This document shows, piece after piece, positions 51,651-62,189 of a stretch of 64,000 bases of DNA. The first letter of the stretch is position 1; each line of letters begins with the position of its first letter. The position numbers were made by a program, and so were the translations under genes. Source of the stretch: Nemertoderma westbladi (Eukaryota > Animalia > Xenacoelomorpha); NCBI GenBank assembly GCA_032718475.1, contig JAUCBJ010002800.1, positions 62,001-126,000 on the forward strand. Direction: 5' to 3'. Below the pieces are notes generated by a model. That model was not told the origin of the DNA. It saw nothing but the letters and a program-made list of their open reading frames with translations, and searched no databases.

Positions 51651-54600
51651 ATGAGTCAGTCAGGTGACGCGACACCGACGCGGACCCCGGACGAAGACCT
51701 AACGATCCGCGAGGCCGCAACCAGGCGATACAGGCCCACAACGCCGGACCCATCGGTAACGGGTCATCCGGCAGTTCAGAACGAGGGGGGCCTGGAACCC
51801 GAGCTCGAACCAAGAGAAAGAGAGAGCGAGACAGAGGGAGACGGAGATGAGTCGACACGGGACGGAGATCGGCGCACCGATGTCGCCGGCCAGCTACAGG
51901 CCAAGGGCGACGAGCGGCCCACCGAAACGGCGACGGTGGGGCCGACAGTGCGACGCCGGACGCGAAGAGACGGAGGAGACATCGGTACCGATGTCGCCGG
52001 CCAGCTACAGGCCGAGGGCGACGGACGGCCCACCGGAACGGCGACGGTGGAGCCGCCGGTACGACATCGAACCCGGAGGGACGGAGGAGAGGTCGGCGAC
52101 GAGGACGTCGGGGTTTCAGAGCGACTTCGACGGGCCTACAACGCGACCCGGAAGCTGATGAAGGACGCCAAGAAGGAAGGGGCGAAGGTAGACGAGGTGA
52201 GACTGAGAAAGTGACTAGGTGAGTCGGATAGACACTTTAATTACCTAATACGTTTTGGGCAGAGAGAACTAGCCGAGGAGAGAGCAAAAGGGGTTGCCGG
52301 CGAACTGTTTGAACTATGGGAGTGTGGGAGTATGGAACCTAGCGTAGCGTCAGTGTACATAGGGCCATACTTGGTCGATGCCCGGGGAGCAAAATTAGTG
52401 GGTTGGAGGGGACCCGAGGGGGGCGGATCCGAGGTTAACCCCGAGGATTCGGCCTCGTCGGTCGGAGAAAGTTCCGGGAAGCGGGGGAAAGTTAGTAGGT
52501 CGGGAAGGCGGAGGGGGTCCGCTGTAACCGATAAGTCTGCTACATCCTCCGCGAAAGAAAGAGTGGTGAGAGAGATAGGTGCCGCATACCGAGAACAAGG
52601 TCAGAGGGAAATGGAGGAACGGTTGGAGGAGGGGAGAGTGCGGTTAGCGAGGGAAGCGGCATTGATTAGAGAAACCGGAGAGAGGGCCGAAAGGGCTTTG
52701 AGAAGCCTTAGGGAGTGTGAGGAAATAGAAGAAAAGGAGTGTAGGGAGCGTGAGGCGAGGGAGGATAGGGAACGCAAAGAGCGTGAGGCGAGGGAGGATA
52801 GGGAACGCAAAGAGCGTGAGGCGGAACACAAGGAACGTGAGGCGAGGGAGGATAGGGAACGCAAAGAGCGTGAGGCGGAACGCAAGGAATATGAGGCAAG
52901 AAGGGAAAAGGAACGCAAGGAGCGCGAGGTGAGACGAAGGGAGAGCATTAGGAGTGTAGCGGAGTCGGCCGCCCGGGACACCCAGGAGTGTGAGAGGAGA
53001 ATGGGAGAGGCCGAACGAGAGCAAAAGGAATTAAAAAGACGCCAGAATGTGCTTGCGGAAGATAAGATTAGACGGGCGCACGAGTTGCAACTGGTGCAAG
53101 CGTCGCCGTCTGAAAGCGGGGCCGGCTCGAGTGTTTTTGGGGAGCCGGGGGCCGTAGATACATTTATTGATACCCCACTGACAGGGACCGCACGACAGAC
53201 TCAAAACTGGTGCGACCTACGGGCGGGGGGGGGGGGGGGGGTAATAATGATAATGGTACAGTAGACGTGGTTAATATTAATAGTACCGTATGGGACAACT
53301 CTAATCAAACCTTTATTGCAGGAAATACTTTACCTGGTGGTAGTAATTTAAATTTAAATCAGAACGTCCCTAGTATTAATGTAGGAAATAATTATAATAT
53401 TAGTGTAGCTACGCAAAATAATCCAATTAATCAAAGTAATAACCCAAATTCGAACTTACAAAATAATTTAAATAACGCGATTACGCAGAATAATCCAAAT
53501 AATTTAAATAATGATCCAAGCCCGAGTTTACAAAATAATTCAGATAGTGTAGTCGCGCAATATAATCCAAGTGATTTTGTCTCGAACGGACAAATTAATT
53601 CCGTTTCCAATACGGGTGCTATTAATGTAAATACGTCGGGCGTGTGTGGTCAGACAGACGAGGGCCTGGTAGGCCACGTAGTTGATAGGCAGGGAGTGGC
53701 TGGGTTAGGTAGACCCAGCGAGGGCCTGGTAGGCCACGCAGTTGGTAGGCAGGGAGTGGCTGGGTTAGGTAGACCCAGCGAGGGCCTGGTAGGCCACATA
53801 GTTGGTAGGCAGGGAGTAGAGGGCCTGGTAGGCCACGCAATAGCAGAGGGTGAGGCGGGGGTGAATAGACCCGACCGCGGTAGACTTGATGCGTCGACTG
53901 GAGAGGGATATAGTAGCGGGGTGAGGAGTAGCGAAGTTAGATGTGGCGAATGGGGGGGGGGGGCTACGAGAACCCCACAACAGCGAATTAGCGGCGAAAG
54001 GGGGGGGGGGCAGAGAGTGTCCCACAGCCGTCAGCGGATAATGCGAGGGCCGAAATAGGTAAACCGCAACAACCGGCGACGGAAAGTAATAGGGGGATTG
54101 CGGATATCCCCAGCGGCGTGCGACCGAGCAGAGAGAGACGGGTTGATGTCGCGAGAGGGCGGACGAAGCGTCGAGCCCGATCAGAGGAAGGAAGAAGAAC
54201 AGTGGGGTTTAACCGGGAGGTCGACGAGAGATCTCACGAGCGGGAATATTCCACTGATAGGAGAAGAAAGGAAGACAGTAGTAGAAGTATCGCCGCGAAC
54301 GATAGAAGAGCGAGGACGGATAGCGAGCCGTCGATAGTCGAGATGAGAACGGAGAGTCAGTGGGGTCGGACTCCGGGAGATTGCCGTCGCCCCGGAGGGA
54401 TGCGACCCGGCGAGGCGCACTACGCGCCGAGAGAGGGGTACGCGATGTACCGGCACGAAGATGAGAACAGTAGAGAGGGGGGTCGAAGAGAAACTTTCCG
54501 ACGGAATACACCTATCGATCCAGAATACGGTAGCCGCGGGGAGGATTATTCGAGAAGAATAAACTTCAATCCCGAGCGACACATGCAGACTGTAGGACAT

Positions 54601-54950
54601 ACTGTAGGCCTTACTGCACATACCATAGGCCATACTGAGAGAGGCAATGTAGGCGATAGGATGGCGTGGACAACGGGATTAAACCCGGAAGTCGCGGAAT
54701 ACATACCGGCGAGTAGGTCAGAAGCTGATAGGCCTATACCGGTACCAGCACAGCAGTATGACTACAGCATGCAGGGACATAACATATACCCAGGGGAGGG
54801 GGGAATTATTGCGGATAGGTGTATGGGCCCCAACATATTAACATCAACCCCAGTACCAAACATACCGGTGGGGGGGGGGGGGGGGACAGGGTGACATTCC
54901 CCCATCACAATATCAACAATATACCCCGATAGGAGCAAGAACAACGAGAC
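51651..54950 (+). pseudogene. Gag-region N-terminal ORF, broken (coiled-coil KERE repeats, Asn-rich and low-complexity segments)
   Basis: ORFs 51651-52214 and 52332-53264 share a frame separated by one TGA. Later frame changes coincide with poly-G runs (~53226, ~53952, ~54000, ~54870). No DUF1759 or knuckle motifs seen. Confidence 0.6.
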
Positions 54951-54956
54951 CCTTAG

Positions 54957-56951
54957 ATGAAAACAGGTCGTGTGACACAGAGATATGGAGTTCCCAAGTT
55001 AGAATTGACAGCTGCGAGACTAGGAGTAAGAGCCACAGCCTACCTAGTGGATACTATTCCCAACATAGTGGAGACACACTACTGGACGGACTCCATGGTA
55101 GTGCTTGGTTGGCTACACAACGAAAAGACGAGATACCCGATATTCGTCGTGAATAGAGTGGACGAAATAAGGGCGGGCACAGAACTGGAAAGGTGGCACT
55201 ACTGCCCAACAGACGAGAACCCAGCGGACTTGCTGTCGAGGGGCGTGGAACGCCACACTTTCCTGAAGAAGGAAGTATTGTGGCAACATGGGCCACAATT
55301 TCTAAGTGATAGGGAGGCCTGGCCGCCGATGAGGAAGGTGGACCCGGGCTCGGAAGTAGTATCAGAAGGAGAAGAGGGAGATTCAGAGGGAGAAGAGATA
55401 TACTCCCAGATGGTGAGGGAGATTAGGGACGTGCAACCAGGAAGGGAACTGTGTGATAACCCAACGGATAAACTCCTCAGCTACAGTTCTAGTTGGTATA
55501 AGACCAAGAAACTAGTGGCGTATTGGAGAGCCTTCGGGAATATCCTTGCGGGAGTCGGCAAGGACAAGAAGATCAGGACAACCATAGATCTGGAAGGAGC
55601 GGCCAAGGCAGTGATCCGCTATGAACAACGGAAGAACTACGGCGACGAGGTGGAACGCGTCGGTAACCAACAGCACCTCCGACGGGACAGCGAGCTGATA
55701 ACGCTGTCGCCACAACTCAATGACGACGGGATTCTAGTAATGAATTCTAGGGTGGGATACAACAACAGCATAGTGGTACCACCGAAACCCATCATCATTC
55801 CTACAGGATCGCCAATAGTCCACCAGATTATATGGGACTCCCACAAATCGATACTGCATGGGGGCACCAACCGAACCCTCACAGAGATAAGGAGGACCTA
55901 TTGGGTCAAACAATTAAGGAAGAAGGTTAAAGCGGTAGTGGGGCAGTGCCAGACCTGCCGACGAGCGAAGAAGGAACGAGCCGTACAGGAGATGGCGCCA
56001 CTACCGGCGAGTAGGGTAAGACAGCACGACCCGCCATTTACGCATTGCGGTGTGGACATGTTCGGGCCGATAAAGATCAAAGTGATGCGACACACGGAGA
56101 AACGCTACGGCATTATCTTCGTATGCAACAATACGCGGGCGGTAGGGATAGAACTCGCCCAAGATGCAACCGCATCAGCGTTCATTAACGCCTTAGAAAG
56201 GTTTAGGGACCGCAAAGGTGGGACGATCGCAGTGATATACAGCGACAACGGCACCAACTTTGTGGGCGCAGAGAGTGAGATGGCAGAGGGCTTGGACATC
56301 TTGGAGGGAGAAGAAGTCAGGGCAGCCATGAGACGACGACAAGTAAAGTGGGAGAGAAGGACGCCGTGTGCACCACATACACTAGGATGCGTCGAGAGAC
56401 TGGTGGGCAGTTCAAAGCGTCTAATGACGAAGCTAATGAACACCCACATGGTCACTGAGGACGTTTTACGGACAGTACTTGCGAAGTGCGAGGGGATCAT
56501 TAATAGCAGACCGCTATATCCGGAGAATGATGACCCTGAGTCGTTAGACGTGCTGACGCCTAGCCATTTCCTGATGGAAAGGCCAGCGACCATCGATATG
56601 CGGGGTGTAGACCCAGATGACATACACTCCCGCCAAAGTTGGAAAGTCGCTAAAGCAATAAGCGCAGAGTATTGGAGGAGGTGGGTCGAGGAATACCTAC
56701 CCACGCTCCATAAGCGAAGCAAGTGGAGGAAGCCGAACAGGGAGTTAAGAGAGGGAGATCTCGTAATCGTCACGGACGATACTATCATCAACAACCAATG
56801 GCGGTTGGCGAGAGTTGTAGGCACCTACTCCGACGAGGACGGAAGAGTCCGATCGGTAGAAGTGCGAATAGGTGGAAAGATAGGTGCGAAGGACAGAAAA
56901 ACTTACAGGAGAGCTGTAGGGAAATGCTGTCTTCTAGAAGGGGCACCTTAG
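54957..56951 (+). CDS. Bel/Pao pol C-terminal part: RNase H C-terminus, integrase and DUF5641-like tail
   Basis: VPKLELTAA, WTDSMVVLGW, FVVNRV and NPADLLSRG. H2C2 motif HKSILH...CQTC. DDE residues in CGVDMFGP, SDNGTNF and VERLV. Tail WRLARVV...DEDGRVRSVEV. Confidence 0.92.
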   Translation: MKTGRVTQRYGVPKLELTAARLGVRATAYLVDTIPNIVETHYWTDSMVVLGWLHNEKTRYPIFVVNRVDEIRAGTELERWHYCPTDENPADLLSRGVERHTFLKKEVLWQHGPQFLSDREAWPPMRKVDPGSEVVSEGEEGDSEGEEIYSQMVREIRDVQPGRELCDNPTDKLLSYSSSWYKTKKLVAYWRAFGNILAGVGKDKKIRTTIDLEGAAKAVIRYEQRKNYGDEVERVGNQQHLRRDSELITLSPQLNDDGILVMNSRVGYNNSIVVPPKPIIIPTGSPIVHQIIWDSHKSILHGGTNRTLTEIRRTYWVKQLRKKVKAVVGQCQTCRRAKKERAVQEMAPLPASRVRQHDPPFTHCGVDMFGPIKIKVMRHTEKRYGIIFVCNNTRAVGIELAQDATASAFINALERFRDRKGGTIAVIYSDNGTNFVGAESEMAEGLDILEGEEVRAAMRRRQVKWERRTPCAPHTLGCVERLVGSSKRLMTKLMNTHMVTEDVLRTVLAKCEGIINSRPLYPENDDPESLDVLTPSHFLMERPATIDMRGVDPDDIHSRQSWKVAKAISAEYWRRWVEEYLPTLHKRSKWRKPNRELREGDLVIVTDDTIINNQWRLARVVGTYSDEDGRVRSVEVRIGGKIGAKDRKTYRRAVGKCCLLEGAP

Positions 56952-57067
56952 AAGTGGAGTTAGTGCGTAGTTTAGTCATCCAAGTTTTGGACTGAGGGGG
57001 GTGGGATTGAGGGCGAGACGCCCTTCCCACAAACAAAATAATAAAAATAAAATAAAAAATAGTACAT

Positions 57068-57902
57068 GGTAGGTACGCAGTTAGTAGGCAGAAGGTACGT
57101 TGTACCTAGTTAGTCAGTAGGTACGTAGTACCTAGAGTTAGTTAGTTAGTTAATAGGTACGTAGTACCTAGAGTTAGTTAGAGAGTTAGTAGGTACGTAG
57201 TACCTAGTTAGAGAATTAGTAGGTACGTAGTACCTAGTTAGAGAGTTAGTAGGTACGTAGTACCTAGTTAGAGAGTTAGTAGGTACGTAGTACCAAGTTA
57301 GAGAATTAGTAGGTACGTAGTACCTAGTTAGAGAGTTAGTAGGTACGTAGTACCTAGAGTTAGTTAGTTAGTTAATAGGTACGTAGTACCTAGAGTTAGT
57401 TAGAGAGTTAGTAGGTACGTAGTACCTAGTTAGAGAATTAGTAGGTACGTAGTACCTAGTTAGAGAGTTAGTAGGTACGTAGTACCGATAGTTAGTTAGA
57501 AAAGTTAGAGGGTACGTAGTACCAATAGTTAGTTAGAAAGTTAGAGGGTACGTAGTACCGATAGTTAGAGAGTTAGAGGGTACGTAGTACCGATAGTTAG
57601 AGAGTTAGAGGGTACGTAGTACCGATAGTTAGAGAGTTAGAGGGTACGTAGTACCGATAGTTAGAGAGTTAGAGGGTACGTAGTACCAATAGTTAGTTAG
57701 AGAGTTAGAGGGTATGTAGTACCAATAGTTAGTTAGAGAGTTAGAGGGTACGTAGTACCAATAGTTAGTTAGAAAGTTAGAGGGTACGTAGTACCGATAA
57801 TTAGAGAGTTAGAGGGTACGTAGTACCGATAGTTAGAGAGTTAGAGGGTACGTAGTACCGATAGTTAGTTGGAGAGTTAAAGGGTACGTAGTACCATTAG
57901 TT
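57068..57902. repeat. Internal 30-34-bp tandem repeat with a hairpin core (TAGGTAC-GTA-GTACCTA)
   Basis: Tandem units between the integrase and the extra ORF, in two subtypes (AGTAGGTAC..CCTAG, then GAGGGTAC..CCGATAG). Confidence 0.92.
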
Positions 57903-58399
57903 AGAGAGAGAGAGAGTAAGAGGTAGAAGGGTATATAAGATATAGATATTAGTTAGCAGTAAGTAGCGTTAGTAGCGAGAAGGGGGGCATATGAGTACAG
58001 CTGGGTAAATCGTGTGGCCACACGATGTATACTGCTGTACTGCATAGACCCACAGAGTAGGCCAGAATGTGGATTAGAGAATAGAATAATCCATAGACAG
58101 TAGTAAGTAGTAGGACAGTAGAATCGAAATAGAAAAATAAATAAAATAGGGCTAAAAATTGTAGAATAGTGGCAACACAAGGGAAGTTATTCTGGAACAT
58201 AATAAAAGTAACGGACAGATATCGAAATTAGGGTGTATTTACTAGCTTCAAAATTAATTAGGAATAATTTAGGTTAAAAGGCGCAGTTAAGTAGGAAGTA
58301 GGCCATTATCGAACTGTACAGAACATCCTAGATACATCACTCATCTGTATTGCGCCTTGGTAAGGCACCACCTTGCAGGTGAGCGAGTGAACATTCGGA

Positions 58400-60949
58400 A
58401 TGGCGAGTAAGTTGATCAGAAAGAGAAAGGCGGAGTCAGGAGGAAAGGAGATACTCGTGGATTTCACCGAGAGACATCCGGAAGAGAAGACGAGAGGATA
58501 CTACGAGAGGTTGGAAAGGGGTCACGCGGCACGAGCGCTGCAGGATCACTTCCGGGAAGCGCACGAACAGCGGCTGGTCGGGACCTACAGGACCCCGTCG
58601 CTAGACAACGCGATCTTCCAACACTTCCACTACGTGGTGAAAGGGGACGAGGCGAAGTTCGGGATTCCGAAATACCCGAGGGAATCACCGAGGAAGGACT
58701 GGAAGAGATTCATAGAGTCCGTCAACAGAGGAGGATATATGATCCTAGATGACGAGGGAACCGTGGAAGACGAGGCGGGTTCGAGACGAGGAACGGCAGG
58801 GTCGGCCAGGACCATACTCCTACATTTGGCCGCGCCAAATGGGGACATCTTCTTATTCGACCTAGGGACGTATGGGAAGAAGGACGGGCCGAAATTAGAC
58901 CGATTACCGAAAGCAGTACAGGTCTTAGTAAGAGAGAAGTCGACGACGAAAGTGGGATCGGCGATTCGCGAGGACGCGGAGAGGATCATCGGTCCGGACG
59001 CCACCAACCTCCTGGATATGCAGAAGGTCTTTATGGCCATGACGGCACCGGATGGATTGGGGGTAGTCGAAAACACAGGCCAATGCGGGGCCGTGGCGAT
59101 GGGCCAATTATTGGGGCTCGTATGCCACAAACCGATGGAGTGGGGGAAGTTTAGGGAAGAATACGGAGCAGAACTAGCGAACTCGCTAAAGTGGGGAGCG
59201 AGACCGGGAAAGCAGGAGGTATATCAGTTCCGCAGGGGAGCGATAAAGGTATATCAGAAGCGATATATCCTGCAGGAGGACTGGATAATGATAAGTTTGC
59301 TTAACTTATTCATGACCGTGATTATCGAGAGGGAACCAGGGGCATTTCTGTTATCGGGATCATCCCTAAGCTACAGGAGAGCCTTTAAAGTGGCCTTTGA
59401 CGGTCTGGTAGACCACCCGGGGCTGAAGGGCGAGTCGGTGTACTACAACAGCCGACATCTGGTAGACGGGGAGACAGATACACCGTATCAGAGATGGGAG
59501 CAGCTAGAGATGGATAGACGAGAAGCAAAGCGACTGGAAGAAGTCGCTAGACGGGAGAGGATAGAAGCAGAAGAGAGGGAAGAGGAGGCCAGGGCACAGA
59601 GTTACGGCTTCGAGGAACAGGCGGGCCTAGACGAACTTCATTGGACTTCGTCAGGGAGTTCGGGGGAGTCTCTAGGGCGAGAATTGGGATGGACGGTGGG
59701 ATCGCCAAAACAGTCGACGTCAGGGTTGCAAACGATGCCCATACCAGCGGGAGCCGAGGGCGACCAACCGCCAAGGAAGTTAAGGGAGCTAGAGGGATGG
59801 AGAGCTACGGGCGAGAGCCAAGGCGGGAAGGGACATAGTGGATCCATCGGGATACCGGGATTGGAGACACTACCAGAAGAGGAGGACGACGACGACGAGT
59901 TCGGAGAGATGCCGCCCATCGAGAGGATAGGCCACTCGGACACGGACTGGGTTGGCGGAAGGGTGGTGACGGCCAGTGGGGCGAGGGCCTTCTGGAACAG
60001 ATCCGGCAAGCGGACCTGGGTGCACGAGGAGCCGGCGATGGATTTCGCGGGGAGCACCATCAGGTTGGGCGAGCAACCGGGGACGGCACCACGGATAGTA
60101 TTCGGGGAGACGATGCCCGAGAGGGGCGGAGAGATCGACGTAAACAGGGAGACCAACGTAGAGAAGTTCGCCTACCAGCGACTCCACAGACTGCGGAGAT
60201 CGCTTGGGACGAAAGACGAGGTGGGACGGGAGACATTGGTACTCGGCTGCGACTACTGTGGGAGACAGACCCATCGGAAAAGCAGCTGTCTATACCGGTT
60301 CCAAAAGGGAACCTTTTGTCTCTACTATAGAGAACCAAGCCACAGGATGGGGGCGTGTCCACGGTTGCATAACCGATGTCCAAAGTGCCACTTTCGGGGA
60401 CACTACGGACGCGAGTGCGACTGGATGAACGACGAGGAGAAGTTCACGAGATTCGAGGAGTGGGCCGACGTCGGGGCCATGACGCGCCAGCGCATGAAGG
60501 CCCAGGAGTTCAAGTGGGGTTTCTTCCTTATCAATCAGGAGACTCACATGGAAATCATAAAGCGGAGGCTACCGTTTACCTACCAAGAGGTAGCAACGGC
60601 GGCGTCGTACGCTGGAGTGATGAACACGCAAAGGTATCTGGACAGGTGGACGCCAGAGAACCGAAGGGAGTTTAGGGATTTCTTGGCGGAGCACGTACCA
60701 AAGGCAATGAAAATGATCCTATGGGACGCCACTAGAGGGAGACAACCGGGCCATTCTGAGGGGCCACCGGCGAAGCGATATCGGGCACTAATAACACCAG
60801 CGCCCAAGGAGCCAACGACCGGGATCAGCAAGGAAGTGGCGGCGAAGGTCCGAAAGCAGAAAGCGGATGATGCCAGAGGAACGGTGATAACCAAGAAACG
60901 GCCCAGGGAAGAGGACACCAGGGGGAACTACCCCCGGAGGAACAGATAG
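58400..60949 (+). CDS. Accessory protein: WRN/DnaQ-like (DEDDy-type) 3'-5' exonuclease domain, CCHC zinc-knuckle cluster and basic tail
   Basis: Intact 849-aa ORF. ExoI-like YMILDDEG; ILLHLA..IFLFDL; LPKAVQVLVREKSTTKVGSAIRED..LLDMQ; ExoIII-like QKRYILQED. Knuckles CDYCGRQTHRKSSC and CPKCHFRGHYGREC. Domain call is by motif recognition only. Confidence 0.75.
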   Translation: MASKLIRKRKAESGGKEILVDFTERHPEEKTRGYYERLERGHAARALQDHFREAHEQRLVGTYRTPSLDNAIFQHFHYVVKGDEAKFGIPKYPRESPRKDWKRFIESVNRGGYMILDDEGTVEDEAGSRRGTAGSARTILLHLAAPNGDIFLFDLGTYGKKDGPKLDRLPKAVQVLVREKSTTKVGSAIREDAERIIGPDATNLLDMQKVFMAMTAPDGLGVVENTGQCGAVAMGQLLGLVCHKPMEWGKFREEYGAELANSLKWGARPGKQEVYQFRRGAIKVYQKRYILQEDWIMISLLNLFMTVIIEREPGAFLLSGSSLSYRRAFKVAFDGLVDHPGLKGESVYYNSRHLVDGETDTPYQRWEQLEMDRREAKRLEEVARRERIEAEEREEEARAQSYGFEEQAGLDELHWTSSGSSGESLGRELGWTVGSPKQSTSGLQTMPIPAGAEGDQPPRKLRELEGWRATGESQGGKGHSGSIGIPGLETLPEEEDDDDEFGEMPPIERIGHSDTDWVGGRVVTASGARAFWNRSGKRTWVHEEPAMDFAGSTIRLGEQPGTAPRIVFGETMPERGGEIDVNRETNVEKFAYQRLHRLRRSLGTKDEVGRETLVLGCDYCGRQTHRKSSCLYRFQKGTFCLYYREPSHRMGACPRLHNRCPKCHFRGHYGRECDWMNDEEKFTRFEEWADVGAMTRQRMKAQEFKWGFFLINQETHMEIIKRRLPFTYQEVATAASYAGVMNTQRYLDRWTPENRREFRDFLAEHVPKAMKMILWDATRGRQPGHSEGPPAKRYRALITPAPKEPTTGISKEVAAKVRKQKADDARGTVITKKRPREEDTRGNYPRRNR

Positions 60950-61648
60950 GTTCCCAGAGTCGAGGGAGAGAGACTGGGACTTGGATGTGGTACGCCTGGC
61001 AGGCGCCGCGCGGGATGTACGAACTATTAAGTACAAATTCAATTAATGCAAAATAATCATATAAGTGCAATTTGTATGTACGTACGTAGTAATTAGTAAT
61101 CTAGAAATATACATACGTTCGGAGTAAGTACTATAGTCATACAACCTTTCTCAATTAGCTACTGGGACTGGGGGATAATTGACTATGGCACTATGGACGA
61201 GACACCAGACAATTTCACACTTCTTGAGTGCGACGGCACGAGAGGGGGGGGAGATTCGTCAGAAGGGAAGAGGCAGTCGAAGTGAGGTTGAGGGACGGAA
61301 CAATAGTGCGGAGTGCGGAGAGAGTGCGGACGCAATTCTAGTGTGGGGGGGAGAATAAGAGGCTGAGCGAGGGACGAGGAGGTCCGAGTGTGAGAGAGTT
61401 AGGGTGAGAGTGGAGGTGAGATAGGGCGGAAGTGTTGGGGAAACAAAAGTTGCGTGAAAGGTGAGCGCGATCGGCCCGACATGAGACGCCAGGCACACAG
61501 GGTAGCGTTATCATACCCATAGGGGGCGGCCTGGAAAGCCGACCCCGAGAGAAAAGAATTCCACCCCACACCCGATACTAGATCGGGATCCAGCGGGATT
61601 GTAGCGCACTTTTAGGTTGATGCTATCTTCTTACCGGGAAGATAGCAT

Positions 61649-61657
61649 GGGGGGGAG
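61649..61657 (+). promoter_or_regulatory. Polypurine tract
   Basis: GGGGGGGAG immediately 5' of the TGT of the 3' LTR. Confidence 0.9.
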
Positions 61658-62189
61658 TGTTAGCTTATCCAATCCCGCTAACACCCCATAAAGTTGTAAG
61701 CCGATAAGCAATATTGGGAGCCACGAGATTGGGCAATTAACCAACTTGTGCCATCCCAATAAGAGTGGGAAGGAAGCACACAATAGAGGGTCAGGGGCCA
61801 AACCCCTAACCCAGAGAGAACAGGTGGAGTGAACGGGAACACTCCACGGGGCGCCAACAAGGGTAACAACCAATCAGAGGGGGGCAAGGCATCGATTGAG
61901 TAGAGCAATAAGGCCACCGTGCAATATAACCAGTAACACAATGTCAGTAATTCAGTTATCTCAGTGCAGTGTAGGTTAGTTAGTTTAGATAGGGGAGCAC
62001 GGGACTTTAGTTACCGTATCCCGCCTTCCATATATTATACTACAGTCATCATATCTATATCTTATACCCATCAATTATTATACACCGAATATCAGAACTC
62101 ATTCACTATTTCCGTTTACTCTTTATACACGGCGGGGACGCGTAAACTAAACACCGGATAAATCGGGATCCCTCCTGGATCCCGTCACA
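61658..62189 (+). repeat. 3' LTR (532 bp)
   Basis: Near-identical to 51054-51584 and followed by the TSD GTTTA. Confidence 0.95.

Larger units (their letters stand above)
51054..62189 (+). mobile_element. Bel/Pao LTR retrotransposon, internally deleted, with an extra exonuclease ORF
   Basis: Two TGT...ACA LTRs, 5-bp TSD GTTTA (51049-51053 and 62190-62194), PPT, and a Pao-type RNase H C-terminus plus integrase. Confidence 0.95.

Noticed and set aside
58400-60949. Envelope glycoprotein call for the extra ORF
   Set aside because: No signal peptide or C-terminal transmembrane anchor; the motifs are nuclease- and knuckle-like.
55054-61070. Antisense and alternative-frame ORFs over the integrase and the accessory gene
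   Set aside because: Shadow ORFs of purine-rich coding sequence with no recognisable motifs.
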